Shown here in pieces: positions 49,635 to 58,460 of a stretch of 64,000 bases of DNA (positions within the stretch are counted from its first letter, which is position 1; every line of letters begins with the position of its first letter). The notes beneath the pieces were generated by a model. That model saw only the letters and a program-made list of their open reading frames with translations. It was not told the origin of the DNA and did not search any database. The translations under genes and the position numbers were made by a program. The stretch comes from Flectobacillus longus (GTDB taxonomy: Bacteria; Bacteroidota; Bacteroidia; Cytophagales; Spirosomataceae), in NCBI RefSeq assembly GCF_030056705.1, contig NZ_JASHIC010000012.1, positions 986 to 64,985 of the forward strand, in the 5' to 3' direction.

Positions 49635-51863
49635 ATGAAAAAACTGATTACACTCCTAGGATTTTTGTGCCTAGGACAACTTACCTCGTCGGCTCAAAAC
49701 CTCCTCGGATTCTCTGAAAAAGGTACTGCTTCCGAAAAAGAATTAGAAGCCAAATTTGATGCTCAACTTAACGCCCAAAACTTACGTACTTGGATGAAGT
49801 TTATGAGTTCGAAACCACATTATGTGGGCTCGCCACACAACCGTGCCAATGCTGTATATATGCGCGATTTGTTTAAATCGTGGGGATTTGAGGCTCGTAT
49901 AGATACACTTTACACGCTTTTTCCAACTCCTAAAGTACGTGAAGTTAGTTTGGTAAGTCCTACGCTTTTCAAAGCTAGCTTGGTTGAGCCAATGCTCAAA
50001 GAAGATGGCACTTCGAACCAGCTAAAAGATCATTTACCGACTTACAATTGCTTTTCAGCAGATGGTGATGTGACCGCTGAGTTAGTTTATGTAAATTTTG
50101 GTCGTCCTGATGATTATGAAGTACTCGAAAAAATAGGTGTTAGTGTTAAGGGAAAAATTGTGATTGTGCGCTACGGTGGTTCATGGCGTGGCTTAAAACC
50201 TAAATTAGCTGCCGAAAAAGGTGCAGTGGGTTGTATTATTTACTCCGACCCTAAAGACGATGGCTATGGTCAAGGTGATGTATATCCAAAAGGCCCTTTT
50301 CGTCCAGAAGCTGGTGTTCAACGAGGCTCGGTGTTAGACTTGCCTGTTGCGCCTGGCGACCCTCTTACTCCTGGTTATGGCGATACCAAAGATGCCAAAA
50401 GATTGGAGGTAAAAGATGCTACAACCATCATGACGATTCCTGTCTTACCTATTTCTTATGGCGATGCCTTGCCCCTACTCAAAGCATTGGATGGAAGAAT
50501 AGCACCCGAATCTTGGAGAGGTGGCTTACCTATTGCCTATCATGTGGGTCCTGGAGCTGCCAAAGTGCATTTAAAGCTCCAATTCGATTTTAAAGTAGAA
50601 CCTTTGTTCAATGTTATTGCAGTAATGAAAGGTTCAGAATTTCCTGACCAGTGGATTCTCAGAGGCAATCACCATGATGCTTGGGTATTTGGCGCAGCCG
50701 ATCCTTTGAGTGGGATGGTAGCCGTTATGGAAGAAGCTCGTGCTATTGGAGAATTGGCCAAAACAGGCTGGAAACCAAAAAGAACCTTGGTATTTTGTGC
50801 TTGGGATGGTGAAGAACCAGGTTTGTTAGGCTCAACCGAATGGGCTGAGGCAAATCGTTCTGAGTTACAGAAAAAAGCTGTAGCATATCTTAACTCAGAT
50901 GGCAATGGACGTGGCTTTCTGTCTGCTGGTGGTTCGCACACATTAGAAAAATTCTTTAACCAAGTAAGCCGAGATGTAATCGACCCACAAAAAAACATCA
51001 GTGTTTATGACCGTTTACGTTCGTATATTTTGGTAAATGGGTCTGGCGAAAGCAAAAAAGAAGCCTTAAGTCGCGGCGATATTCGTATTGGCGCTTTGGG
51101 TTCGGGTTCGGATTTTACACCATTTTTACAACATTTGGGCGTGTCTGCTATGAATGTGGGTTATGGTGGCGAAGATGAAGGTGGCGAATATCACTCTATT
51201 TATGATTCTTTTGACCATTACACTCGTTTCAAAGACCCTGACTTTGCTTATGGTGTAACATTGGCAAAAACCATGGGAAGAACAGTTTTGCGTCTTGCAA
51301 ATGCGGATGTATTGCCTTTTGAGTTCCAAAACTTTTCAAATACGCTTCAAAACTATGGTACTGAAGTAAAAGCTTTACTAGAAAATATTCGTAGCAAAAC
51401 TGAAGAAAACAATCGTCTGGTAAAAGAAGGGCATTTTGCGGCAGCCGCTGACCCGAACGAACCGATTGTTGTGAAAACTTATGAGGAGGTTCCTTATATT
51501 AATTTTGCTCCGCTCGAAAATAGTTTGAATCGTCTCAACAAAAGTGCTAATGCTTACGCTTCTGTGGTAAAAAATAGCAATAAATTAGCACCAGCGAAGC
51601 TTGAGGCATTGAACCAACTTCTCTATACGATTGAAAGAACCTTGACCCTGCCAGAAGGTTTACCGAATCGTCCGTGGTACAAACACCAAATTTATGCTCC
51701 TGGATTTTTTACAGGATATGGTGTAAAAACAATCCCTTCAGTACGTGAGTCTATCGAGCAAAGAAAATGGAAAGATGCAGAAAAAGGCATTGAGATTGTC
51801 TCATCAGTACTAAATAAATACTGTGATCAAATAGACAAAGCAGTTGCTTTGCTTGGAGAATAA
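49635..51863 (+). CDS. M28 family metallopeptidase, glutamate carboxypeptidase II / transferrin-receptor-like (PA domain + M28 + TfR dimerisation domain)
   Basis: 742 aa, signal peptide. PA-domain block (…KGKIVIVRYGG…). M28 zinc ligands (…RGNHHDAW…, …WDGEEPGLLGSTEW…). C-terminal TfR-like dimer domain. Confidence 0.85.
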   Translation: MKKLITLLGFLCLGQLTSSAQNLLGFSEKGTASEKELEAKFDAQLNAQNLRTWMKFMSSKPHYVGSPHNRANAVYMRDLFKSWGFEARIDTLYTLFPTPKVREVSLVSPTLFKASLVEPMLKEDGTSNQLKDHLPTYNCFSADGDVTAELVYVNFGRPDDYEVLEKIGVSVKGKIVIVRYGGSWRGLKPKLAAEKGAVGCIIYSDPKDDGYGQGDVYPKGPFRPEAGVQRGSVLDLPVAPGDPLTPGYGDTKDAKRLEVKDATTIMTIPVLPISYGDALPLLKALDGRIAPESWRGGLPIAYHVGPGAAKVHLKLQFDFKVEPLFNVIAVMKGSEFPDQWILRGNHHDAWVFGAADPLSGMVAVMEEARAIGELAKTGWKPKRTLVFCAWDGEEPGLLGSTEWAEANRSELQKKAVAYLNSDGNGRGFLSAGGSHTLEKFFNQVSRDVIDPQKNISVYDRLRSYILVNGSGESKKEALSRGDIRIGALGSGSDFTPFLQHLGVSAMNVGYGGEDEGGEYHSIYDSFDHYTRFKDPDFAYGVTLAKTMGRTVLRLANADVLPFEFQNFSNTLQNYGTEVKALLENIRSKTEENNRLVKEGHFAAAADPNEPIVVKTYEEVPYINFAPLENSLNRLNKSANAYASVVKNSNKLAPAKLEALNQLLYTIERTLTLPEGLPNRPWYKHQIYAPGFFTGYGVKTIPSVRESIEQRKWKDAEKGIEIVSSVLNKYCDQIDKAVALLGE

Positions 51864-51940
51864 AGGTAAAAGTTTAGTCATCACGAAGGCTCCATTTTTC
51901 CAAAATACATGAATCTATCTTCATTGAGTGAATTTGGATT

Positions 51941-52066
51941 GAGTGATTTAGTGATTAATATGAATTTGACCAGTAGAGACGCAAAGCATTGCGTCTAGAG
52001 AGGTGTCATTTTGAAATTTAGTATCAAAAAGGCGGTTGAAAAATTAATTTCAACTGCCTTTTTTGA
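51941..52066. repeat. Composite dispersed repeat, copy 4: gagtgatttagtgatt (51941-51956), GTAGAGACGCAAAGCATTGCGTCTAGAG (51973-52000), terminator hairpin AAAAAGGCGGTTGAAAAATTAATTTCAACTGCCTTTTTT (52026-52066)
   Basis: Read directly, between the convergent M28 peptidase (+) and small membrane protein (-) genes. Confidence 0.55.
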
Positions 52067-52137
52067 TAAACATTTTGCCAAGTACCCATAGCTAACTGCC
52101 GAAAGCCCAATAATACAAATTGCATTATTACCTAGAA

Positions 52138-52395
52138 TTACTTTCTTCTTGAATAAATCTCCTCCTCTACCATTTTCAATTGCAGTCTATGTTTGTTGCG
52201 ATATAGCTGTACCCCAACGTTCAACAAAATTAAGAGAGCAATCCAGCCCTGTTTGTTGATTGCAGAGATAAGATATACTGATATAAGTACCAATGTAATT
52301 TGGAATACTAAGAAAGTGTTAACATAAAACTTTAGAGATTGTTTTTTGCTCAAAAGTTTAGATAAGGTCCAGTTAGCAAAGACGGTATCTTTCAT
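52138..52395 (-). CDS. Small membrane protein (85 aa); paralog of 48998..49240
   Basis: MKDTVFANWTLSKLLSKKQSLKFYVNTFLVFQITLVLISVYLI… followed by a hairpin helix and a KMVEEEIYSRRK tail. Confidence 0.45.
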   Translation of the reverse strand: MKDTVFANWTLSKLLSKKQSLKFYVNTFLVFQITLVLISVYLISAINKQGWIALLILLNVGVQLYRNKHRLQLKMVEEEIYSRRK

Positions 52396-52691
52396 AAAAT
52401 ATTTGTATAAGTTGTTGAGGATTAAGTTTTACTACTTTACTAGAACAAAAAAGAGACACTTTTATTGCAACAAAATGTAATTTGTAGACCTATTTAAGAT
52501 TATTTTTCATCAGAAAAATATGTTCTTGATTCTCTAGTATCTTATATGTGGGTAAAATTTTGTAAGAGACCTTTTTTAATAGTTCTCTCTTTAATGTTTT
52601 ATGTTAGAACATGTTACTTTTCTTTAGCCCGAAAAAATAATTCACATACCGATTGGTATGTGAATTATTTTTTTTCTTATATTTACAATCC

Positions 52692-53279
52692 ATGGAAACG
52701 ACGCAAGAATACATACTCGAAAAAGTAGCTCCTCTTTTTAACAAAAAAGGCTACAATGGTACGTCGCTTTCTGAGATTACCAAGGCTACCAATCTCACCA
52801 AAGGAGCGGTATATTTTTACTTCAGAAACAAAGAAGATTTAGCTTTTCAGGCTTTTCATTTGAATGTAAAAAAATTGGTAAAACCCCTTAATAATGTAGT
52901 CATTGAACGTAAAGGTGCTATAAATAAGCTTTATGGTATGACCTTTTATTTCAAAGAATACTATTATGAGTTAGCATCAGAAAGAGGTGGTTGTCCGCTT
53001 CTTAATTTGGGAGTTGATGCTCGTTTCAACAATCCAATTTTGTTTGAGGAGGCTCGTAAAATTTGTGATAGACTTATCCAAAATACGGCAACTATTATCG
53101 CCCATGGCATTAAGCACAAAGAAATCAAAGAAGCCACTGACGCACATACCTTAGCTACCAATATTTACTCTATGATTGAAGGAGGAATATTCATGTCTTT
53201 GATTACCCAAAATAAAAATTACATAGTAAATATCGCTAATCATATTGAGTCGGCTATTATTGAACAAATCCGCCTCTAA
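52692..53279 (+). CDS. TetR/AcrR family transcriptional regulator
   Basis: N-terminal TetR HTH …GYNGTSLSEITKATNLTKGAVYFYFRNKEDL…. Start taken at METTQEY (52692). The track ORF begins at 52653. Confidence 0.85.
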   Translation: METTQEYILEKVAPLFNKKGYNGTSLSEITKATNLTKGAVYFYFRNKEDLAFQAFHLNVKKLVKPLNNVVIERKGAINKLYGMTFYFKEYYYELASERGGCPLLNLGVDARFNNPILFEEARKICDRLIQNTATIIAHGIKHKEIKEATDAHTLATNIYSMIEGGIFMSLITQNKNYIVNIANHIESAIIEQIRL

Positions 53280-53342
53280 AAAAATTTGTAGTACCACATA
53301 CCATTCGGTATGTGTATTCAAACAATTCAAAAACAAGTTAAT

Positions 53343-54323
53343 ATGAATGCAATTATTGATTCTATCGGGGTGTATCTTCCTGAAAAGAAAATCGACAACC
53401 ATTATTTCGAACAATTTTTGGAAACTACCGACGAATGGATAGTGAGCAGAACAGGGATTAATACCCGCTATTACAGCTCAGAAACCGAATATACCAGTGA
53501 TTTGTGTGTAAAAGCGGCTCAAAACTTGGCTGACAATTATCAAAAGAATCTTGCAGACATTGACTTTGTAATTGTTGCTACCAGTACACCCGAACAATCC
53601 TTTCCTAGTATGGCTAGCCAAGTACAGAGCCGTTTGGGTATTCCGAATGCAGGATGCTTGGACGTTTCGGCTGGTTGCGCAGGTTTTGCCTACGGTTTGA
53701 TTTTGGCAAAGGGTCTTATCGCAACAGGTGACTACCAAAAGGTATTGGTTATCGGTGGCGAAACGTTATCAAAAATTTCTGACTTTACCGACCGCACTAG
53801 TTGTGTATTATTTGGTGATGGCGCAGGTGCAGTTTTAGTAGAAAGCTCAGAAACGCAATATCTACATAAGTCTATTTCAACAACCAACGGCGACTTAGGA
53901 AAAGATTTGTATTTATCGAATCAACCAGCTCCAATCAATTTTGAGCAAATAGACTACAACGGAAAAATCCACCAAAATGGACGTACCGTATTCAAGTGGG
54001 CTGTATCGAACCTCCCTGCAAATATTATCAAATTGGCAGAAAAAAATGGTATCACCACAGATCAAATCGATTGGATGATTCCTCACAGTGCAAATATTCG
54101 TATTTTGGAAGCAGCTTGCTCACAGATGGATTTCCCTATTGAAAAATGCTTGGAGAGCGTTGTCAACTACGGAAATACCTCAGCAGCCTCTATTCCAATT
54201 GCTTGGTACAACGGTATCCAAAATGGGAAAGTACAACTTGATGACAAATTAATGTTAGCAGGTTTTGGCAGTGGACTTACGTTAGCAGGTATTTATTTGA
54301 CTAATCGTATTCAGAAAGCTTAA
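53343..54323 (+). CDS. fabH: 3-oxoacyl-ACP synthase III (KAS III)
   Basis: MNAIIDSIGVYLPEKKIDNHYFEQ…WIVSRTGI…. Active-site Cys context (…DVSAGCAGFAYGL…). His/Asn region (…HSANIRI…, …NYGNTSAASIP…). Confidence 0.85.
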   Translation: MNAIIDSIGVYLPEKKIDNHYFEQFLETTDEWIVSRTGINTRYYSSETEYTSDLCVKAAQNLADNYQKNLADIDFVIVATSTPEQSFPSMASQVQSRLGIPNAGCLDVSAGCAGFAYGLILAKGLIATGDYQKVLVIGGETLSKISDFTDRTSCVLFGDGAGAVLVESSETQYLHKSISTTNGDLGKDLYLSNQPAPINFEQIDYNGKIHQNGRTVFKWAVSNLPANIIKLAEKNGITTDQIDWMIPHSANIRILEAACSQMDFPIEKCLESVVNYGNTSAASIPIAWYNGIQNGKVQLDDKLMLAGFGSGLTLAGIYLTNRIQKA

Positions 54324-54349
54324 TATATTCATGAGTTTTTGAGATAAAC

Positions 54350-54384
54350 AAAAGCGGTCGAAATGAGTTTTTCGACCGCTTTTG
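54350..54384. terminator. Bidirectional terminator hairpin AAAAGCGGTCGAAA-TGAGTT-TTTCGACCGCTTTT (lone module of the composite repeat)
   Basis: Perfect 14-bp stem. Lies between the convergent fabH (+) and the defense-candidate operon (-). Confidence 0.65.
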
Positions 54385-54489
54385 TGATTTTATTTTTTAA
54401 AGAACTCTCGAATTGATTTAGGAACTTTATTCCATAGTTTTTCATCCTCCAAGTGGAAAGCATGATACTGGTTCTGTGGGTTATCTCCT

Positions 54490-55200
54490 TCAAATGGAAA
54501 TACTAGGTAAGTATCTATCATCAAAAATATAACACCAAGGGGTTTCTCGCAAATCAAAAATCGCATTATCCAATAAGTTTTGTGCTTCTTCATCACTACA
54601 TTTCAATTGTGATGCTTGTTCGTTTCTTTTAGGAGGATTTGCTTTTTTCTGGCTATTACCATGTTTTGATGAGAAATGGTATATACGTTTAGGTAGCTTG
54701 CTGTTAATAAATTTCCAGAGCAAAATATCTGAACAAAAATAGTTAATTTTCACTTTTTCAAATTCACTTTCTGAATCTACTTTAAGTAAGTTACTTTCTC
54801 CTGACAGGCTTACTGAAATAATTATATGATTGGCTGCATCTGTTAAACAATTTAAACATTTACTATCAGCATAAAATGCTAAACTTGACTGTTTTTCATT
54901 GAAGACAACTTCAAAATACAAACCCCTAGATTTATGAGGTATTGCATCCTTAAACAAAACCTCTAAATAAGCCTGTGGACTTTGAATATATTCATCAAAG
55001 CCTTCTACGTCACTAATTTCTGCAAATTTTTCAGCGAGCTTTTCTATATCCTCTGAAGAAAAATAAATATCAGCTTCAAGTTGTCTAGCAACCTCCAAAA
55101 TTGAGTAAGTAGCTTTTCTATATATCTCAAAATTTTCAGTTGTGAAATGCTCATCATTGAACATTTCGGAATGGATGTAGAATACAAATTCGTTTTTCAT
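54490..55200 (-). CDS. Hypothetical protein (236 aa), third gene of the DUF262-ATPase operon; no recognisable domain
   Basis: The start overlaps the ATPase stop as TAATG at 55198-55202. Acidic N-terminal half (MKNEFVFYIHSEMFNDEHFTTENFEIYRKA…). C-terminal Cys-containing region (…SKCLNCLTD…CSDILLW…) and a basic patch (SSKHGNSQKKANPPKRNE). Confidence 0.55.
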   Translation of the reverse strand: MKNEFVFYIHSEMFNDEHFTTENFEIYRKATYSILEVARQLEADIYFSSEDIEKLAEKFAEISDVEGFDEYIQSPQAYLEVLFKDAIPHKSRGLYFEVVFNEKQSSLAFYADSKCLNCLTDAANHIIISVSLSGESNLLKVDSESEFEKVKINYFCSDILLWKFINSKLPKRIYHFSSKHGNSQKKANPPKRNEQASQLKCSDEEAQNLLDNAIFDLRETPWCYIFDDRYLPSISI

Positions 55201-56336
55201 TAAAATCCCATTAAAAACTTTCTGTCAATTGTAAATTGGTCAAAAAAACCTTTGGGTGGATAACGTAACCTTCCACCACTTTCCAATTTAATCTTGTTTG
55301 CTACAGTACAGTGATTAGTTTCGTCACGATCAAAATGATAAATTTTTACATTATCTTTTGAAATGCCCTCGTTCCCTTCTTCAAATCTTTTACATTGTAC
55401 CAATACTCCATTAATGACATGATCACTATGTGTTTCTATAATGATTTGTATTCCTAACTCAGCAGCCAGACATATCAACTCAGTGAGTTTAGATATACCA
55501 TGCGGATGTAGGTGAGCCTCTGGGTTCTCTATTATTAACAAAGCACCAGGCTCGGCAGAGAGAATAGCTATAATTATTGGCATCACATAACTAATACCAA
55601 ATCCAACGTTCGATGCTTCAAATAAATTAGTTCTACCAGTACTTCCTCTGTTAGTCTCAAAAGAATACTTTAATGTAAAACCTAACTTTCCTTGATCTCT
55701 AATATCTATATTAATTCCACTACTTATCTCTTGTTCCCATGCTATGACCTGAGAAAATAAATCATCATAATCATTTTTAATACATAAAGCTTTAGCCACT
55801 GTCAAATTTCTATACTGATTCAGAAAATGAACAAAGTATTCAGCCTTACCATCCATTTCCGATATTTGTCGTCGAATATCTACAATTTTATCATCCTTGG
55901 GATATTGCTCTTGTGGACCAAGTCTGTTTGCACTTATGTATTGAAATTTGTAGGAAAATAGACTCTCTTCATCAATCTTACTATTTGCACTGGATTCGAC
56001 AAGATTAATAAAACTCTTTATCTTTGCCTCTTCCTTTTCAGCTGAATACTTAAAAAAATAGGAGTCAATTGAAGTCAAAAAATGAAAAGTAAAGCCATCT
56101 TCCTCTGCATATTGATAAATAGCATCTCCTGCAGTGCCAATTTTAACGGAGTTAGATTTCAAATCCAGATTTTCGAAATTCCGTTCTTTAATATAGTTAT
56201 CTCGTAGTAATAAGAGGGCTTGTATAGAAGAAGACTTACCTACCCCATTAGCACCACACAAAAGGGTTAAATTTTCAAACTCAACAAGAGTTTCAGCATG
56301 ACTTTTAAAATTTTGAAGCTTTATCTCTTTTATCAT
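55200..56336 (-). CDS. ABC-type AAA_21 ATPase (SMC/RecF-like; C-terminal DUF3696-like region)
   Basis: 378 aa. Walker A LLCGANGVGKSSSIQALLLL. Walker B/D-loop ALLIIENPEAHLHPHG. H-loop IIIETHSDHV. The 5' end overlaps the DUF262 gene by about 32 nt. Confidence 0.8.
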   Translation of the reverse strand: MIKEIKLQNFKSHAETLVEFENLTLLCGANGVGKSSSIQALLLLRDNYIKERNFENLDLKSNSVKIGTAGDAIYQYAEEDGFTFHFLTSIDSYFFKYSAEKEEAKIKSFINLVESSANSKIDEESLFSYKFQYISANRLGPQEQYPKDDKIVDIRRQISEMDGKAEYFVHFLNQYRNLTVAKALCIKNDYDDLFSQVIAWEQEISSGINIDIRDQGKLGFTLKYSFETNRGSTGRTNLFEASNVGFGISYVMPIIIAILSAEPGALLIIENPEAHLHPHGISKLTELICLAAELGIQIIIETHSDHVINGVLVQCKRFEEGNEGISKDNVKIYHFDRDETNHCTVANKIKLESGGRLRYPPKGFFDQFTIDRKFLMGF

Positions 56337-57477
56337 TAATGAATGTAGTTAATAGTGTATTAAACTCGGTATTTCTATTTATAACACTTTCTTTAGTAGC
56401 TGTTCCAGTAGTTATAGCATCAAGAAATTTTTTATTATTGGTTAAAAATTCTATAAATTTCATTCTAAACTCCAACGAGTTTAATTCTAAAAGAGATATT
56501 TCATCTTCAGGTAAGTTAGCAAATGCTACACTAATTACCTCAAAAATTGGCTTATTTACAGGTTTACGTGGATCATTGACGCTAAACCTTTTCCTAAAAG
56601 CGTCAGTTCCAAAAATATTAAAAGCTAACTTCAGCGCTTTAGTAAAATTAGCTTTTATTTCGCTGAGTTTTTTTTCATCGCTAGGAATAATACGTGTTCC
56701 TTTTGTTATAAATCTATCTAAATCTGGCTCGTAGGTTGTAAAACCCAGTAAATAAAACGCTAAAAATCTTGAGACAAAATCTAAATCTTCTTGTCTTTTT
56801 GTTTTTACAGAATTATCTGTTGCTTTTCGAAAATATATCCCAGATTCTTGTTGTTGATCTAATAAAAACTCCAAAAAATCTACTCTGTATCCCTGAAAGA
56901 GGGCTGTACGAATTTCTTGCGCCTTAAGTGGTACATCTCCCTGATTTATTCGGCTAAAAATGGTGTATTTAACCTCGTCTGGTGTTCCCTTTCCAATTAG
57001 GTTGATAGTTACTTGATTTGAATTAATCCTCCGTTTCACATCTCTGGGTAGCTCCTCCCATTTATTACCATTGTACTGTGTTAGAAACTCCAAGTTCTCC
57101 AAAACTAAATGCGATTTATTTTTCCCAACCTCACCGCGACCTAGTATAAAATGCTCCAATGTGCTCATTCTTTGAAGACCATCAACCACGTACCATTTTT
57201 TGTCATCTGCCTCATCAAAATAGAATAATGGGATAGGTAAATCTAGCATTAAAGACTCAATAAAACGACTCTTCTTAGTATTACTCCATAGATTTGGTAA
57301 TCTTTGATAACGAGGAACTAATATCTGATCATCCTCCATCAATTCTACCAGTTGTCCGATATTTCTAGGTATGATTTTAATATTTATCTCGGATGGGTTA
57401 AAAGGAATTGTAATACTTACATCCTCATTCCCTTCTTCTTTTTCAATGTCATCCCAGTCATCAGTAGATTGTAACAT
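56305..57477 (-). CDS. DUF262 (ParB/Srx-fold, GmrS-like NTPase) domain protein, stand-alone (no fused DUF1524/HNH nuclease)
   Basis: 390 aa. …ILVPRYQRLPNLWSNTKKSRFIESLMLDLPIPLFYFDEADDKKWYVVDGLQRMSTLEHF… matches the DUF262 xxYQRxxxW and DGQQR motifs. About 250-aa C-terminal region with no recognised domain. Confidence 0.8.
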   Translation of the reverse strand: MLQSTDDWDDIEKEEGNEDVSITIPFNPSEINIKIIPRNIGQLVELMEDDQILVPRYQRLPNLWSNTKKSRFIESLMLDLPIPLFYFDEADDKKWYVVDGLQRMSTLEHFILGRGEVGKNKSHLVLENLEFLTQYNGNKWEELPRDVKRRINSNQVTINLIGKGTPDEVKYTIFSRINQGDVPLKAQEIRTALFQGYRVDFLEFLLDQQQESGIYFRKATDNSVKTKRQEDLDFVSRFLAFYLLGFTTYEPDLDRFITKGTRIIPSDEKKLSEIKANFTKALKLAFNIFGTDAFRKRFSVNDPRKPVNKPIFEVISVAFANLPEDEISLLELNSLEFRMKFIEFLTNNKKFLDAITTGTATKESVINRNTEFNTLLTTFINDKRDKASKF

Positions 57478-57499
57478 AGCTATATATTTAGTTTTACTA

Positions 57500-57524
57500 A
57501 ATGTAAAAATACAACATTTACATT
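57500..57524. promoter_or_regulatory. Inverted repeat AATGTAAA-N9-TTTACATT in the promoter region of the DUF262 operon (candidate operator)
   Basis: Read directly, 23-47 bp upstream of the 57477 start codon. Confidence 0.3.
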
Positions 57525-57584
57525 GAATATAAGTAATCGATAAAATCTCTTAATTTAAGAAATTCGTCATTTTAGAGAATATAA

Positions 57585-58442
57585 TTGTATAAAACCGGGA
57601 CAGTATTTCTCCCTCCTATTTTATTTCGGAATCATTTTTTACCTTTGCAAAAAATATATTTGACCATCATTTCCATGAAAAAAATTATTAGCTGGACACT
57701 CCGAAACATTCCTCGTAAGTATTTGCAATTAGTTAGTCACTTTGCCATGAACCTATATGCGTTCTTTTTGCGAGGTAATAAGGTGGAATGTACAGTTTGT
57801 GGCTCTACATTTTCGAAATTCGTTCCTTATGGTCGTCTCGAGCCTCGTGATAACGCTCTTTGTCCAAACTGCCTTGCGCTCGAACGTCACCGTTTGATGT
57901 ATTTATACCTTCAACAAAAGACTAATTTCTTCAAAGCCGACCTTAAAGTTTTGCATGTGGCGCCTGAGTATTGTTTTATCGACCGTTTCGAAAAAATGAA
58001 AAACCTGGACTATATCACTGCTGATATTGAGTCGCCTTTGGCAAAAGTAAAAATGGACTTGCACAATATTCCTTTCGAAGACAATACTTTCGATGTAGTT
58101 TTCTGTAATCACGTATTGGAGCACGTCGACGATGATATTCGTTGTATGCAAGAAATGCGTCGTGTACTAAAACCAAACGGTTGGGGTATTATGCAATCAC
58201 CACAAGACTGGAACTTGGAAACTACTTTTGAGGATAAAACCATCACCGACCCGAAAGAGCGTGAGCGTCTGTTCAAACAAGATGACCACTTCCGTATTTT
58301 TGGTCGTGACTACCACAAACGCCTCGAACAAGGTGGTTGGCATGTTACACAAGACCGTTTTGTGATGGAAATGCCCAAAGACAAAGTAGAACGCTATGCT
58401 CTTCCGAAGGAGGAGATTATTTATTTGTGCGAAAAAAAATAA
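57585..58442 (+). CDS. Class I SAM-dependent methyltransferase (Methyltransf_11-like) with N-terminal Cys4 zinc-ribbon
   Basis: CTVCGS…CPNC zinc ribbon. Motif I-like VLHVAPEY. Post-I/II FDVVFCNHVLEHVDDD. The start may be the internal MKKIISW (57681). Confidence 0.7.
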   Translation: MYKTGTVFLPPILFRNHFLPLQKIYLTIISMKKIISWTLRNIPRKYLQLVSHFAMNLYAFFLRGNKVECTVCGSTFSKFVPYGRLEPRDNALCPNCLALERHRLMYLYLQQKTNFFKADLKVLHVAPEYCFIDRFEKMKNLDYITADIESPLAKVKMDLHNIPFEDNTFDVVFCNHVLEHVDDDIRCMQEMRRVLKPNGWGIMQSPQDWNLETTFEDKTITDPKERERLFKQDDHFRIFGRDYHKRLEQGGWHVTQDRFVMEMPKDKVERYALPKEEIIYLCEKK

Positions 58443-58460
58443 CACCAACAACACTCATCA

